Of a DNA stretch of 64,000 bases, positions 20,883 through 31,900 are shown piece by piece. Position 1 is the stretch's first letter, and each line of letters begins with the position of its first letter. The position numbers and the translations under genes are program-made. The DNA comes from Dehalococcoidia bacterium. GTDB taxonomy: Bacteria; Chloroflexota; Dehalococcoidia; UBA2979. The notes under the pieces were generated by a model, which was given only the letters and a program-made list of their open reading frames with translations, made no database searches and had not been told where the DNA came from. The stretch spans positions 320,001 through 384,000 of the forward strand of contig OZ253555.1 in NCBI GenBank assembly GCA_965262725.1, read 5' to 3'.

Positions 20883-22970
20883 GAGGTATAGCCAGAAGTT
20901 GTGGATGAGCCAGGAGAGAGAGGCGGCGTACCCTCCCTGAGTCAACAGGAGTGGCCGGGAAGCCGGCCGGGGAGGAGTACGCCGGATGTTGAGGATAGTC
21001 CATGAGGGAGGCGAGCGGGAAGCGGGGCCGGGGACGCAGGTCGGACTGGACGAGCTCTGCCGTATGGCCGCCCAGGAGATGCTCGGGGTGGCGCTGGAGG
21101 CCGAACGGCAGGCCTACCTCGAGCGCCACGCGGGCGCGGTCGATGGAGAGGGCCGCCGCGTGGTCGTCGGCAACGGCTACGCCCGCGCGAGAGAGATCAC
21201 CACCGCCGCGGGACGGGTCGCCGTGCAGGCGCCGCGCGTCGACGACCGCCGTCCCGGCGAGCGCTACATCTCGGCGCTTCTGCCGCCCTACATGCGGCGC
21301 TCGCCCAAGGTGACCGAGGTGTTGCCGCTGCTCTACCTGCGCGGGCTCTCGACGGGCGACTTCCTGCCCGCCCTGTCGGCGTTCTTCGGCTCGGGGGCGG
21401 GGCTCTCCGCCTCGACCGTGGGGCGGCTCACGGAGGCGTGGCAGGCCGACCACGAGCGCTGGCAGCGACGCAGCCTGGCCGAGGTCGACTACGTCTACCT
21501 CTGGGCGGACGGCGTCCACTTCACCGTGCGTCTCGAGGAGGACCGGCTCTGCTGCCTGGTGCTGGTCGGGGTGCGCCCGGACGGCCGCAAGGAGCTGGTG
21601 GCCGTGCAGGACGGCTACCGTGAGGACACCCAGTCCTGGCTCGACCTGCTGCGGGACCTGCGCGAGCGGGGCATGCGCGACCCCGAGCTGGCCGTCGGCG
21701 ACGGGGCGCTCGGGTTCTGGGCGGCGCTGCGGGAGGTCTTCCCCCGGACCCGCGAGCAGCGCTGCTGGGTGCACAAGACCGCGAACGTCCTGGCGTCGCT
21801 GCCCGAGCGCGTCCAGGGGGAAGCGACGCGGGCGCTCCACGCCGTCTCCGGAGCCGCGACGCGCGCCGGGGCGCTGGATGCGGCGCGCGCCTTCGCCGGG
21901 CAGTTCGCGCAGTGGCCGAAGGCGACAGCGAAGGTCGCCGACGACCTCGAACGGCTGCTCGCGTTCCACGACTTCCCGTCCGAGCACCACGTGCACCTGC
22001 GCACCACGAGTAGGGTGAGGAGCTGGCGCGGTACGCGCTGTAGGCCGGTGGCGCTCTTGTTCCGAGCAGGTTTCCCCGCGGTGCCCAATCCCACGGCCAT
22101 GGCATATCGCCCGTTTCCAGCTCCTCCCCGTCAAACCGGACAGGCGGTTCTCCCGCATCCGGCTTACCGACGCCCTTCACCGGACGGCATTCGGTTTCAC
22201 CCGCCACGACCGGTTCGGCCGCGGTGCGACAACCCATCCACTGAGCGAGAGCAGACCGAGGCGGGTCGCATGGCGGTATGACACGCCGTACCGCAGACGT
22301 TGCCGACTGCGCCGACGCTTACCCCACCACACCACCAGCCGCAACGCGGCGTACGCACTGAGCTTGCGGAACGACTTCGCCACGTTCCCGTAACGAAAAT
22401 AGCCCGCCCAGCCGCGCAGGAGGCGGTTCACCTCCTGCACGATGCGCTCCACGCTCAACACCAACCGTGACCGCACCGTCATCTCACGGATGCGGTCACG
22501 TGCATGCTGCATCGCTCGTCGCGAGGGAAAGCGTGCAAGGAATCGGAGATTCGAACCCCGCCTAGCCCGTACCCACCGGTGTTCAAAGCCGAGGAACTCC
22601 AGCCCCTCGCCTCCTTCCGCCAGGTGCACGATGCGGGTCTTCTCCGCCTTCAGCTCCAGTCCGAGCTCGGCGACCAGCTCACGGAGCAGCGCCAGCGCCG
22701 CATCCGCTTCCCGCTGCGTTCCGCAGAGCACCACAAGGTCGTCGGCATATCGCACCAGCACTCCCCGGCCCCTCGTCTCCCATTCCCGGTCAACCCGGTG
22801 CAGATAGACGTTGGCCAGAAGCGGGGATACTACCCCGCCCTGTGGCGTACCCGTCACGCTGTGCCGCACGGCCCCGGACTCCATCACCCCGGCACGGAGC
22901 ATCGCCCGCACCAGCTTCAGGAGCTTCCGGTCATATATCCGCTCCTCCACCGCCTCCATCAACCGGTCGT

Positions 22971-23832
22971 GTAGGGTCAGGGGCTGGCGCGGTGCGAGCC
23001 GTAGGCGGTGGCGCATCAGTTCCAAGCCGGTTTCCCGGTGGTGCCCAACTCCACGGCCATAGCAGCGTCCGTCTCCAGCCCCTGCCACATCGAACCGGAC
23101 GTGAGGTTCTCCCTCATCCGGCTCACCGATGCCCTTCACCAGATGGCATGCAGCGCTCCCCACAACGTGGGTCGTGCCTTGGCCAGCCGGTACAGCATGT
23201 GCGGAGAGCCTCGAACCCTACCAAGTGGTTGCTAGCCCCGAGGGGCACTCACCAGTCCACACCCCCAGCAACATGCACGGACAAAGTAGGGGTCCTTCCC
23301 ATCACCGGCGGTTATGTTGTCCGTCCGGCTCCAGCGGTACTACGACCCCCTCCGCCACCCTTCCGGCTGGCTGTCCACTTCCCGGCTCTGACCGGTTATA
23401 GGACGCCTCGCTCCGACGCCCTCTCACAGGGTGCCGGGCCGGGGAGGGCTTCTCCGGTTCCCGTCGCTACCTTCCGTACGTTCCACGTCCCATACGCCGG
23501 GAGGTTTCTTGAGGCTGCATTCCAGGATCTTCACCTCGTCCATGGCCTTCGCCCTGACCACCCGGGCTCGGCTCCTCCTTGGTCCTGTCAATAGACAGGC
23601 GAGTCTCACGGCGCGGCAGACTTCGCGTCATGCTGCGGACCGCACGTTTGCTCCCCCTCATAGGGCTCTTGACGTCGGGCTTCGACGCAGACCGTTTCCC
23701 GTCCACGCCGCCGACCTGCTAACGGGCCTCCTGACAGTTACCCGTGCCGGACTCTCACCGGCTGGCAGCAACGAGCATGTCTCCGGACCGGTCACGTCAT
23801 CACGTCACCACCCCTTCGACTTCCGGACGCAC
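22971..23832 (-). mobile_element. ORF-less group II intron, copy 1 (862 bp)
   Basis: GTGCG...CCCTAC ends; domain V GAGCCGGATGAGGGAGAACCTCACGTCCGGTTCGA; no RT; removal restores FESIPHDRL. Confidence 0.92.
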
Positions 23833-24257
23833 GCGGTATCGACTCGAAACACGAGGCGATATCCGTCTCCACCACCCATCGCCGACCCCGCCACGTCTCA
23901 TCAATGAGCACTTGCAGGGCATCATGCGCCGCACGCTTCGGGCGAAAGCCAAAGCTACACGGCAGAAAGTCGGCCTCAAAGACCGGCTCCGCCACCAGCT
24001 TCAGCGCTGCCTGTACGATGCGGTCGTGGACCGTCGGGATAGAGAGCGGTCGTCGCTCCGACCGTCCGGGCTTGGGAATCCAGACCCGGCGGCTCGGCTG
24101 CACGCGATAGCTCTCCGCCTTCAGTTCCACGTGGGAATGATGCTCTGAATTGGCCCCACCTGGAGCCGTTTTGATCCTTTGAATTGGCCCCACCCCCGAC
24201 CCATCCAGGACCTACGCTCGGGTGACTGCATGACTCCCGGAGCGAGGGAAGAGGAGT

Positions 24258-25892
24258 GTGTCGAGAGTGGAGCTGTTCGAGTCTATCCGACGGATGGCGA
24301 GGGAGGAGGAGCTGTCGATCCATGAGCTGGGACGCCGGCATGGCGTGCACCGGCGCACGGTGCGGCAGGCTCTTGGGTCGGCGATACCCCCGGAACGCAA
24401 GCAGGCGACCCGCGTGGCCCCGAAGCTCGGGCCGTACGTCTCGGTCATCCGGGGCTGGCTCGTGGACGACCTCAGCGCGCCGCGCAAGCAGCGGCACACG
24501 GCCCGGCGCATCTGGGAGCGCCTCGTCGACGAACACGGGGCGACGGTGGCCGAGCCCACGGTCCGCGCCTGCGTCGCGCGCCTGCGTCGCGAGATCCAGG
24601 GCGGGCGCGCGGTTGTGACGATCCCGCAGGTCCATCCTCCCGGCGAGGAGGCGGAGGTCGACTTCGGCACGGTGACGGTGTGGCTGGAGGGCGTCGAGAC
24701 CCGGCTGGCGATGTTCGTGATGCGGCTCTCGCATTCGGGGCGGGCGGCGCACGTCTGCTTCGTCGGCGAGGGCCAGGAGTCTCTGCTCGAGGGGCACGTG
24801 GTCGCCTTCGAGCGGCTCGGCGGAGTGCCGCGGCGCATCCGCTACGACAATCTGACGGCGGCCGTCACCACCGTGCTGCAGGGACGCGAGCGCCTGCAGA
24901 CCGAGCGCTTCATCGCGCTCCGCTCGCATTACGGCTTCGACAGCTTCTTCTGTGAGCCCGGCATCGAGGGCGCGCACGAGAAGGGCGGTGTGGAGGGCGA
25001 GGTCGGCCGCTTCCGCCGGCGGCACTTCGTGCCGGTCCCGAAGGTGGCGACCCTCGGCGAGCTGAACGAACGAGTGCGGGAGGCGGACCGCACCGACGAC
25101 GCCCGGCACATCGAGAGCCGCCTCGCCACCGTCGGCGAGATGGGAGAGAACGAGAAGGCCTCGCTGCGTCCGCTTCCGGCGGAGCGCTTCGACCCGTCAA
25201 TCCCGCTGCGCGCGAAGGTCGACCGCAAGGCGCGCATCGCCGTGCGTAGCTCCCGCTACTCGGTCCCGGCGGCCTATGCAGGCCGGAAGCTGGACGTGCG
25301 GCTGTCCGGGAACAGCCTGACCGTGTGGGCCGAGGGGCGTGAAGTCGCCCACCACGAGCGCAGCGCCCGCACCGGAGCAGAGGTCCTGCTGCTCGACCAC
25401 TATCTGGAGGTGCTCGCGCGCAAGCCCGGGGCGGTCCCGGGCTCGGTGGCGCTCCAGCAGGCGCGTGCGAAGGGACACGTCACAGCCGAGCATCAGCGCT
25501 TCTGGGACCGCGCCCGCCGCAAGCTCGGCGACCGCGCGGGCACGCAGGCGTACATCGAGGTCCTGCTCCTGCATCGCCATCTTCCCTTCACGGCGGTGCA
25601 CGCCGCGCTCGGGACGGTCAACAGGATCCAGTCGGTGAACCCCGAACTGGTCGCCATCGAGGCGCGCCGTCTCGCCGACCGCAGGCCACCAGACGCCGCC
25701 GTCGAGAGACCGCACCTGGAGCGCTACGACCGACCTGCCCCGCTCCTCGATGGCTACGATGCGCTGCTCTCGGGTGATTCCCGATGGCCCGGCACGTCGC
25801 CGGGCGGGCGCTCCCGCGCTCCGCGGTCTGCCGAGAACGCGTCGCACACCACCACAACCGCCGTCACCGCTGCGGTGTCGACGGCACGCTGA
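24258..25892 (+). CDS. istA: IS21 transposase
   Basis: RKQRHTARRI, EVDFG, YDNL and EKGGVEGEVG motifs. Confidence 0.93.
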   Translation: MSRVELFESIRRMAREEELSIHELGRRHGVHRRTVRQALGSAIPPERKQATRVAPKLGPYVSVIRGWLVDDLSAPRKQRHTARRIWERLVDEHGATVAEPTVRACVARLRREIQGGRAVVTIPQVHPPGEEAEVDFGTVTVWLEGVETRLAMFVMRLSHSGRAAHVCFVGEGQESLLEGHVVAFERLGGVPRRIRYDNLTAAVTTVLQGRERLQTERFIALRSHYGFDSFFCEPGIEGAHEKGGVEGEVGRFRRRHFVPVPKVATLGELNERVREADRTDDARHIESRLATVGEMGENEKASLRPLPAERFDPSIPLRAKVDRKARIAVRSSRYSVPAAYAGRKLDVRLSGNSLTVWAEGREVAHHERSARTGAEVLLLDHYLEVLARKPGAVPGSVALQQARAKGHVTAEHQRFWDRARRKLGDRAGTQAYIEVLLLHRHLPFTAVHAALGTVNRIQSVNPELVAIEARRLADRRPPDAAVERPHLERYDRPAPLLDGYDALLSGDSRWPGTSPGGRSRAPRSAENASHTTTTAVTAAVSTAR

Positions 25893-25908
25893 CCACAGGA
25901 GGCACCCG

Positions 25909-26691
25909 ATGACAGCACCCCTCACCGACCAGGCCGCGGAGCTGACAATCGAGGCGATCTGCCGCGAGCTCCGTCTCCCCACCGTCAGGAAGCAGGCGCT
26001 CCCGCTCGCCGAAGCCGCGGTCCGAGACCGGATCACCCATCTGGGCTATCTCGCCGAAGTGCTGGGAGCCGAACGCGATGACCGTGAGGAGCGGCGCCGT
26101 CAGCGCCGTATCGTCGAGGCGCGGTTCCCGCGTTTCAAGTACCTCGCCGACTTCGACCTCGAGGCGGCGCCGACAGTCGACGCGCCGGCGCTCGCCACGC
26201 TGGAGCGCTGCGACTGGGTCGAAAGGGGCGAGCCCGTCGTCCTGCTCGGTGACAGCGGCACCGGGAAGTCACACCTGCTCATCGGCCTCGGCATGGCCGC
26301 CTGCCACCTGGGGCTGCGCGTGCGGTACATGACCACGGCCGCCCTGGTGAATGAACTGGCCGAAGCGTCGGATGATCGCGCGCTCTCACGCCTCGTCGCC
26401 CGCTACGGCCGCCTCGACCTGCTCTGCCTGGATGAGTTCGGGTACGTCCACCTCGACCCGCGCGGTGCCGAAATGCTGTTCCAGATCCTGACCGAGCGCG
26501 AGGAACGGGCATCGGTCGCCGTCGCCTCCAACTCCCCGTTCTCCGAGTGGGGCCGCATCTTCACCGACCCTCGTCTCGCCGCGGCCGTCGTTGACCGCCT
26601 CACCTACCGTGCCCATATCATCGAGACCGGCACCGAGTCCTACCGGCTCCGGGCCTCGACCTCCCCGAGAGGAGGTGCCCCAACGACCTGA
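25909..26691 (+). CDS. istB: IS21 helper ATPase
   Basis: GDSGTGKSH, LLCLDEFGY and AVVDRL motifs; AGGAGG RBS. Confidence 0.93.
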   Translation: MTAPLTDQAAELTIEAICRELRLPTVRKQALPLAEAAVRDRITHLGYLAEVLGAERDDREERRRQRRIVEARFPRFKYLADFDLEAAPTVDAPALATLERCDWVERGEPVVLLGDSGTGKSHLLIGLGMAACHLGLRVRYMTTAALVNELAEASDDRALSRLVARYGRLDLLCLDEFGYVHLDPRGAEMLFQILTEREERASVAVASNSPFSEWGRIFTDPRLAAAVVDRLTYRAHIIETGTESYRLRASTSPRGGAPTT

Positions 26692-27973
26692 TCCCGGTCC
26701 CCGGGGGTGGGGCCAGATCAGAGGATCAAAGTGGGGCCAGATGTAAGCATCATTCCCATTCCACGGACAGTTCGTCAAGCAGTCGGTCCACGCCGTAGCG
26801 TTCGACCTCGGCAAGGGTGATGCCGTCGATGCCGGCTGCGCCGCGATTGCGACGCACTTGCCCCCACCCGCGCTCCAGAACGTCCCTGCGGTGGACCTTG
26901 TCGTAGAGCGCATGAAAACGTCGTCCGGGCTCGGCCTTGGCCGCCCGGTAGAGCGTGCGCTGTAGTTCTCGGACCGTTTCCTTGGCGGGTCTAGCCTCCA
27001 CGGGCACTCACCGATCCTTCCCCAAGCAACACGCACAGGCGAAGTAGCGGCCCTTCCCTCACCGGCGGTTCTGTTGTCCGCTCGGCTCAGTCGGTAATAT
27101 GGCCGCCTCCGACTCCCTCCCGGCAGGTCGCCCACTTCCCGGCTCATCACCGGTTATAGGACGCCTCACTCCGACACCATTCCGCAGGTACCGGGCCGGG
27201 GAGGGCCTCCCTTGTTCCCGTTGTCACCTTCCACACGTTCCACGCCCCTTACGCCGGGAAGTTCTTCGAGATTGCGATTCCAGGTCTTCATCTCTTCCAT
27301 GGCCTTCGCCCTGAGGGTCGGGGCTCGGCTCTTCCTCTTTCCCGCCAATGGCGGGGACTCTTACGACGCGGCAGGCTTCGCTTTATGCTGCGGACCGTGT
27401 GTTTGCTTCCCCTGAAAGGGCTTTCGACGTCGGGCTCCGACCCGGTCCGTTTCCAGACCAAGCCGCCGACCTGCTACCGAGCCTCCTGATAGTTACCCGG
27501 ACCGGACTTGCACCGGTTGGCGACAACGAGCACGTCTCCAGACTGGTCAGGTCATCCTGCACCGTCCTTCAACTTCAAGGCGCACACCCGATCGAGTCCA
27601 CCTTCGCCACGGTGCGGCTGCGCCAGCGCGTCACGAAGGGCGCCGGCTCCCGGTCGGCGGGACTGGCGATGGCCTACAAACTGCTCGATGCGGCGCAGCA
27701 GCGCTGGCGGCGGGTGAATGCCCCGCATCTCGTCGCCGTCGTCCGGGCGGGCGGCGTCTTCGTCGATGGCGTCCTACAGGAACGAGCCGTCAGCCCGGAT
27801 GCGAGCGACGATGCAAGCCACGGGAGGTACGCCGCCTGACTTGCCCTGGCCAGCGATCCACAACTCTTGACGATATCTCTCACACGACGGCCGCTTCGCG
27901 CTCCTCCGCACGCTCAACACCGGTCAGGGTCCAGCATCTCCAGCGGCGAGGGCCGCGGGGGCTGGAGGAGGGG

Positions 27974-28060
27974 ATGCTCGGGATGCGCGAGGTGCACGTC
28001 CTGCGGCACAGGGTCGTGATCGAGGGCAAGAGCCAGAGAGCGGTCGCCCGAGAGATGGCC
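27974..28060 (+). pseudogene. IS21 IstA N-terminal fragment
   Basis: MLGMREVHVLRHRVVIEGKSQRAVAREM after GGAGG, then similarity is lost. Confidence 0.6.
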
Positions 28061-28164
28061 TCAGCCGCACACCGTCTGCCGCTACATGACGATGATGACG
28101 CTGCTCTCCCCGCCGGGGAGCGAACTCACGTCTTCGCTGCCCCCACGGGTGTGTGGCACCAGCC

Positions 28165-28776
28165 TCAGATGTGAGCGCCGAGGTTATAGTCCGTGTCGTC
28201 GCGAACTGCATCGAAGTCGGCACGCCTCAGCCAGTGGCACCACAGTCTGCGGCCCTTGAGGCTGAGACGCTGCCGGTAGTGCTCGGCGCGCCAGCCCGCC
28301 ACTTCAACCCTGTGGCCACCGCCACCGTCGAGCACAGCCTCGACAGCGGGCACTAGGTCTGTGTCGGCCGAACAGAGTATCGCGATGTCGTAGCTGCCGG
28401 ACATCGCGAGCCTCACCATGTCCAGAGCAATGGCGACGTCGATGCCCTTCTCCTCAGGGCGCTGGCCACCAGCGTTGTGTGGCCATCTGTGCGGATAGCG
28501 AAGCGGTCGGCTGAAGACGTAGCAGCCATCTCTTTCCCATGCTTGGCATTGTCGAAGATTCGCCGCGTGAGCCCTAGGCTGGAGGAAGCCGCCGGGCCGC
28601 CCCGTGTATACGCGCACCTCTTCAAGCGTCCTGCCGCTGTCTCTCGAGGCGAGGTGTTCACCCAGCGCGCGTGGGTGGAATTGGCCGTTGCGCACCGGCT
28701 CTTCGGGCTCGAAGAATGCCCGCTTGGCGCTTCGGTAGAAGTTCTGGGCATCGACGAACACCACTACGCGTTCCAC
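28165..28776 (-). CDS. NYN-domain (PIN-fold) RNase
   Basis: VFVDAQN, EEKGIDVAIALDMV and SADTDLVPAVE motifs. Confidence 0.9.
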   Translation of the reverse strand: MERVVVFVDAQNFYRSAKRAFFEPEEPVRNGQFHPRALGEHLASRDSGRTLEEVRVYTGRPGGFLQPRAHAANLRQCQAWERDGCYVFSRPLRYPHRWPHNAGGQRPEEKGIDVAIALDMVRLAMSGSYDIAILCSADTDLVPAVEAVLDGGGGHRVEVAGWRAEHYRQRLSLKGRRLWCHWLRRADFDAVRDDTDYNLGAHI

Positions 28777-28794
28777 GAACCCAGCCTTGACGTC

Positions 28795-28838
28795 AAAACC
28801 CCGCCAGCCCCTTGCGGAGCGGCGGGGAGGATTGCTGG
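28795..28838 (-). terminator. Terminator-like hairpin in the 5' leader of the NYN gene
   Basis: CCCCGCC-GCTCC-GCAA-GGGGCT-GGCGGGG-TTTT ends about 20 nt before the start codon. Confidence 0.65.
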
Positions 28839-28947
28839 CATCATCGCACAGATCGTCGAGATCTCAAAGCAACTCAAGGCTGGTAGGCCCTGTCGAGGGC
28901 CGGTCGTCCCGGCGACCCGCTGTGCACGGCTCCTGCGGTCACACTCA

Positions 28948-31900
28948 CTAGTCACCCGAGAGGGCCTCTTCCTCTGCGTCTCTGACGCGGGCGTCCTCGA
29001 TGATGGCCCTGAGGGAGCGGAGAGTCGCCTTGGCCCAGCGCCGCACGTTGGGATGCGGGTGGTCCAGAAGCTGCGTTATCGGTTCCTGGTAGGTCGACCA
29101 GTAGCCTTCCTCCGGTCCCCACCAACCCCCGGTGCTCATGTTCGACATAGCGGCCTCGGTCACGTCCTTGCGATCCCCGAACTCTGCGATCAGTCGAACC
29201 AAGACTGGGTGCACGACGAGCTCCCTGCCGTCACCCTCTCGCGCCTTGAGGAAGCCAACGACCCTCGCCGCGAAAGCCGGTGCCCGTTCGGGATGGGCAT
29301 GGCACCAAGCGATGAGAGCGTCCTCTGGGAGCCGCAGAATAGGTGCCGTGTACTCCCCGCGCCCCCAACGGACACCGCCACCCAGGAGAGACTGAAGGAG
29401 GAATGCCCTTACTGGTTCGGCGGAGACAATTGCTGAGCCGATGAGTGGCCACGAAACTCCAGGGAAGTTGGAAAGGAGGGAAGGGAGCACCCTCTCGATC
29501 ACACGGGTGCCATCGTAGTCTGCGACGTTCGCCACGGCCCTTGCCAGCGTGAAGGCAGTCGCGGACGCGTCTTCGTCGGCCGCTCCCCTCTCGAGCATCC
29601 ACGTGAGGATCTCCTCGAACTGGTGCATTGCCGTGTTGCCGTGCGGCTGGCTGGCCCATGGCCAACGTAGAGCGTTCTCTGCAATCTTGCGGACCTGCGG
29701 CCGTAGCGCATCTAATCTGTCGCGGTCTCGATGGACGTAGAGCCCCATCAGGTCTAGGGCTCCGGCGAACGCCTCACCGCTGTGATCCAGCATGGCGTCG
29801 AACAGCGGGATAGCCACCGGAGGCGGAACGTCCGTCAGTCCGCTGCCGATAGTCCCCCACGTGAGCCATCGAGGAGACAGGTGCCCACTCTGCAGTGCGG
29901 CGATCACCAGTCCGACGTCAATGGGACTGACGCCGAGCGTCGAACACATCAATGGGAGTGTCGGGGCTAGTACCGACGACTCAACTGCCCTCCACTTGAG
30001 GCTCTCCACAACATCCGGCTCGGTATCTGCAATGCCGATGACGTAACCCACGAGGAGACCGTAGTTCCGCTCCTCCTGCGGGGCTTCCTCAATCGCCCGA
30101 ATCATGGGTTCCAGCCAGTAGTTCGCCGGCCTAGCCAACCTTGCGATGGCTTCACCGAATGCATCGGTCATCCGCTGCTGGCCGCGGCTTAGCTGTGGCA
30201 GGAGCGCTTTGAGGGTCTCAGTCTGCTGGACGGCCTCGGCCGCGAGTTCTCGCACCTCTTCGACCTGGCGCTGACGCTGCTTCTCGTAGTTCTGGCCCGC
30301 CGCAGCCAGGTGATCCCATGGCATGTCGGTCACAGAGAAGTGCACCCGTGCTTCTAGGCTCTTTGGCTGTACGAGTTGCGCTAGTGCCCGGATCCTGTCC
30401 GAGAGTGCGCCATCTTCCAGGATCTCTGGGTCAGCGAGAGTCGACTCGAGGGCCGTCAGAGCCTCGGTCCAGTGAGCACCAGCGGCTCCGACCTGCTCAA
30501 CGATGAGCTCCGCCACATCGATCAGGCCGTGCCGGATCAGCGGGCCAAGCGCGGTCCCTAGGGAGCCGCGCGCAAGAGAGCCAGCTTGATCAGGATGCAC
30601 GGCGAGACCGACCAGCCGGTTCGCGCATCCACGCACGTATCCGTAAGCCTCGTCATGAGTCTTGGGCCGCCACTCCTTGAGCGCAGGACGGGATCCATGC
30701 GCTTCGGGGCCGGCAATGCGCGAGAACTGGTCCAGTTCAAGTCCCGCCGTCAGGGCTCGGGCGACCAGCTCTCGACGAGTTGGATCGTCCGTTGCTCCAA
30801 GGTCATCCAGAAGGACGAGTCGCTGAGTTCCATCGGCTTCCGTGCCAGCCAAGAGCAGCGGGAAGAGGGCTAGGAACTGGCCAGTCGCATTGTTGCTCCA
30901 GTCCTCGTTCTCGGCCGCGGCAAGCCGCAACAGGAGGCTCGCTCCCTCCTCGAAGGTCTGTGAGGCGAACGCTATCCTCTCCAGCGCCCAGACGAGGTGC
31001 CGTCGCGCGTCGCCAGCGATGCTGGCGAGATCCTCGACATCCTCCAGCGAGCGCTCTATCTGCGCCGCGACGATGCCGGTGTCAATCTCCGCCAGTTGCG
31101 ACAACACCTCGGCGTGCCCAGGCGCGAGGAGGCCCTCCAGACCATCGAAGGGTCCTCCGTACCGGCAGACGTGCGTCAGCACGGCCCTTGCAATGCCGAG
31201 TGTGTTGAGGAGTTTGAGCTGCCTCGCGGCCTGGACATTCAGGCTAGGGTCGTCGCCGAACGTGGTAGGGGTGGAACTGTCGGCGAGCACTTCGTCCCAC
31301 GTGTCCTCGCTCCAGTCCTTCCACTGTCTCTCAGCAAGCCTCATTGCGATTGGCCGAGGCTCAATCGACACGTAGCGACCTCGCCATCGGGCAACGCCCC
31401 TCTCGGCGAGTCTTTTCGCACCCGTCCGCAGCGCGTCCGGGGTCACGTCGAGTCCTAGGCGGGCGATTCTGGCGACTTGACCATCGACAGGGCGTTCGAT
31501 CCCAACCAGCCCGAATGTTGCCAGCAGGGTTGCCGACTTGAGCAGGATCCCGGGGTCATGTGGAGTACGCCCGAGGACGTACGCATCAACTAGCTGTTCA
31601 TCTGTCGCGCGGGCAACAGGCAGGGAATCGAGCCATGCCTGCGTGACGAGGATGGCGATTCCGGGAAAGCCCTGCGAGAAGTGCACGAGGCGAGACTGAT
31701 CCGCAGCCGCGAGGCCGGGAGCCAGGCGGTTGACGATCGCTTCGGTCACGGATGGCGGAGCCGGCTCCACACGCAGCGTCTCGTCGCGAAGCGTGTCGGG
31801 TTCTTCATCGTCAACGGTGATCAGCGACAGCTGACTGGTGCCGCGCAGAACCATTCGCGCCAGAACCCGATGACTCTCAGGAGCACAGCGATCAACTACG

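Larger units (their letters stand above)
24132..26758 (+). mobile_element. IS21-family element
   Basis: TGGGAATGATGCT / AGCATCATTCCCA TIRs, internal TGGCCCCAC repeats, 7-bp TSD TTCCACG (24125-31, 26759-65). Confidence 0.93.
22177..27007 (-). pseudogene. ltrA: Group II intron RT in three pieces (26766-27007, 23833-24131, 22177-22970)
   Basis: LQRTLYRAAK...FHALYDKV, then RPLSIPTVHDR, then PQGGVVSPLLAN and YADD; pieces rejoin in frame (445 codons). Confidence 0.92.
22010..27585 (-). mobile_element. Group II intron (class F-like), host of IS21 and an ORF-less intron
   Basis: 5' GTGCG at 27585; domain V AAGCCGGATGCGGGAGAACCGCCTGTCCGGTTTGA; 3' CCCTAC at 22010. Confidence 0.92.
20986..27839 (+). 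pseudogene. IS256 transposase split by an antisense group II intron
   Basis: YLWADG, VGDGALGFW and QRCWVHK motifs; 20986-22009 plus 27586-27839 rejoin as LRTTNPIESTF (426 codons). Confidence 0.92.
20883..27879 (+). mobile_element. IS256-family element (about 1.42 kb net) carrying a nested intron
   Basis: TIRs GAGGTATAGCCAGAAGTTGTGGAT and ATCCACAACTCTTGACGATATCTC; no TSD seen. Confidence 0.88.

Noticed and set aside
22971-23594. ORFs inside the 862-bp intron, and their twins near 60.6-61.4 kb
   Set aside because: Chance frames across structured RNA domains with no protein motifs.
16250-27007. Retron, DGR or defence-associated RTs
   Set aside because: Both RTs have YADD and maturase regions and lie within clear group II intron RNA boundaries.
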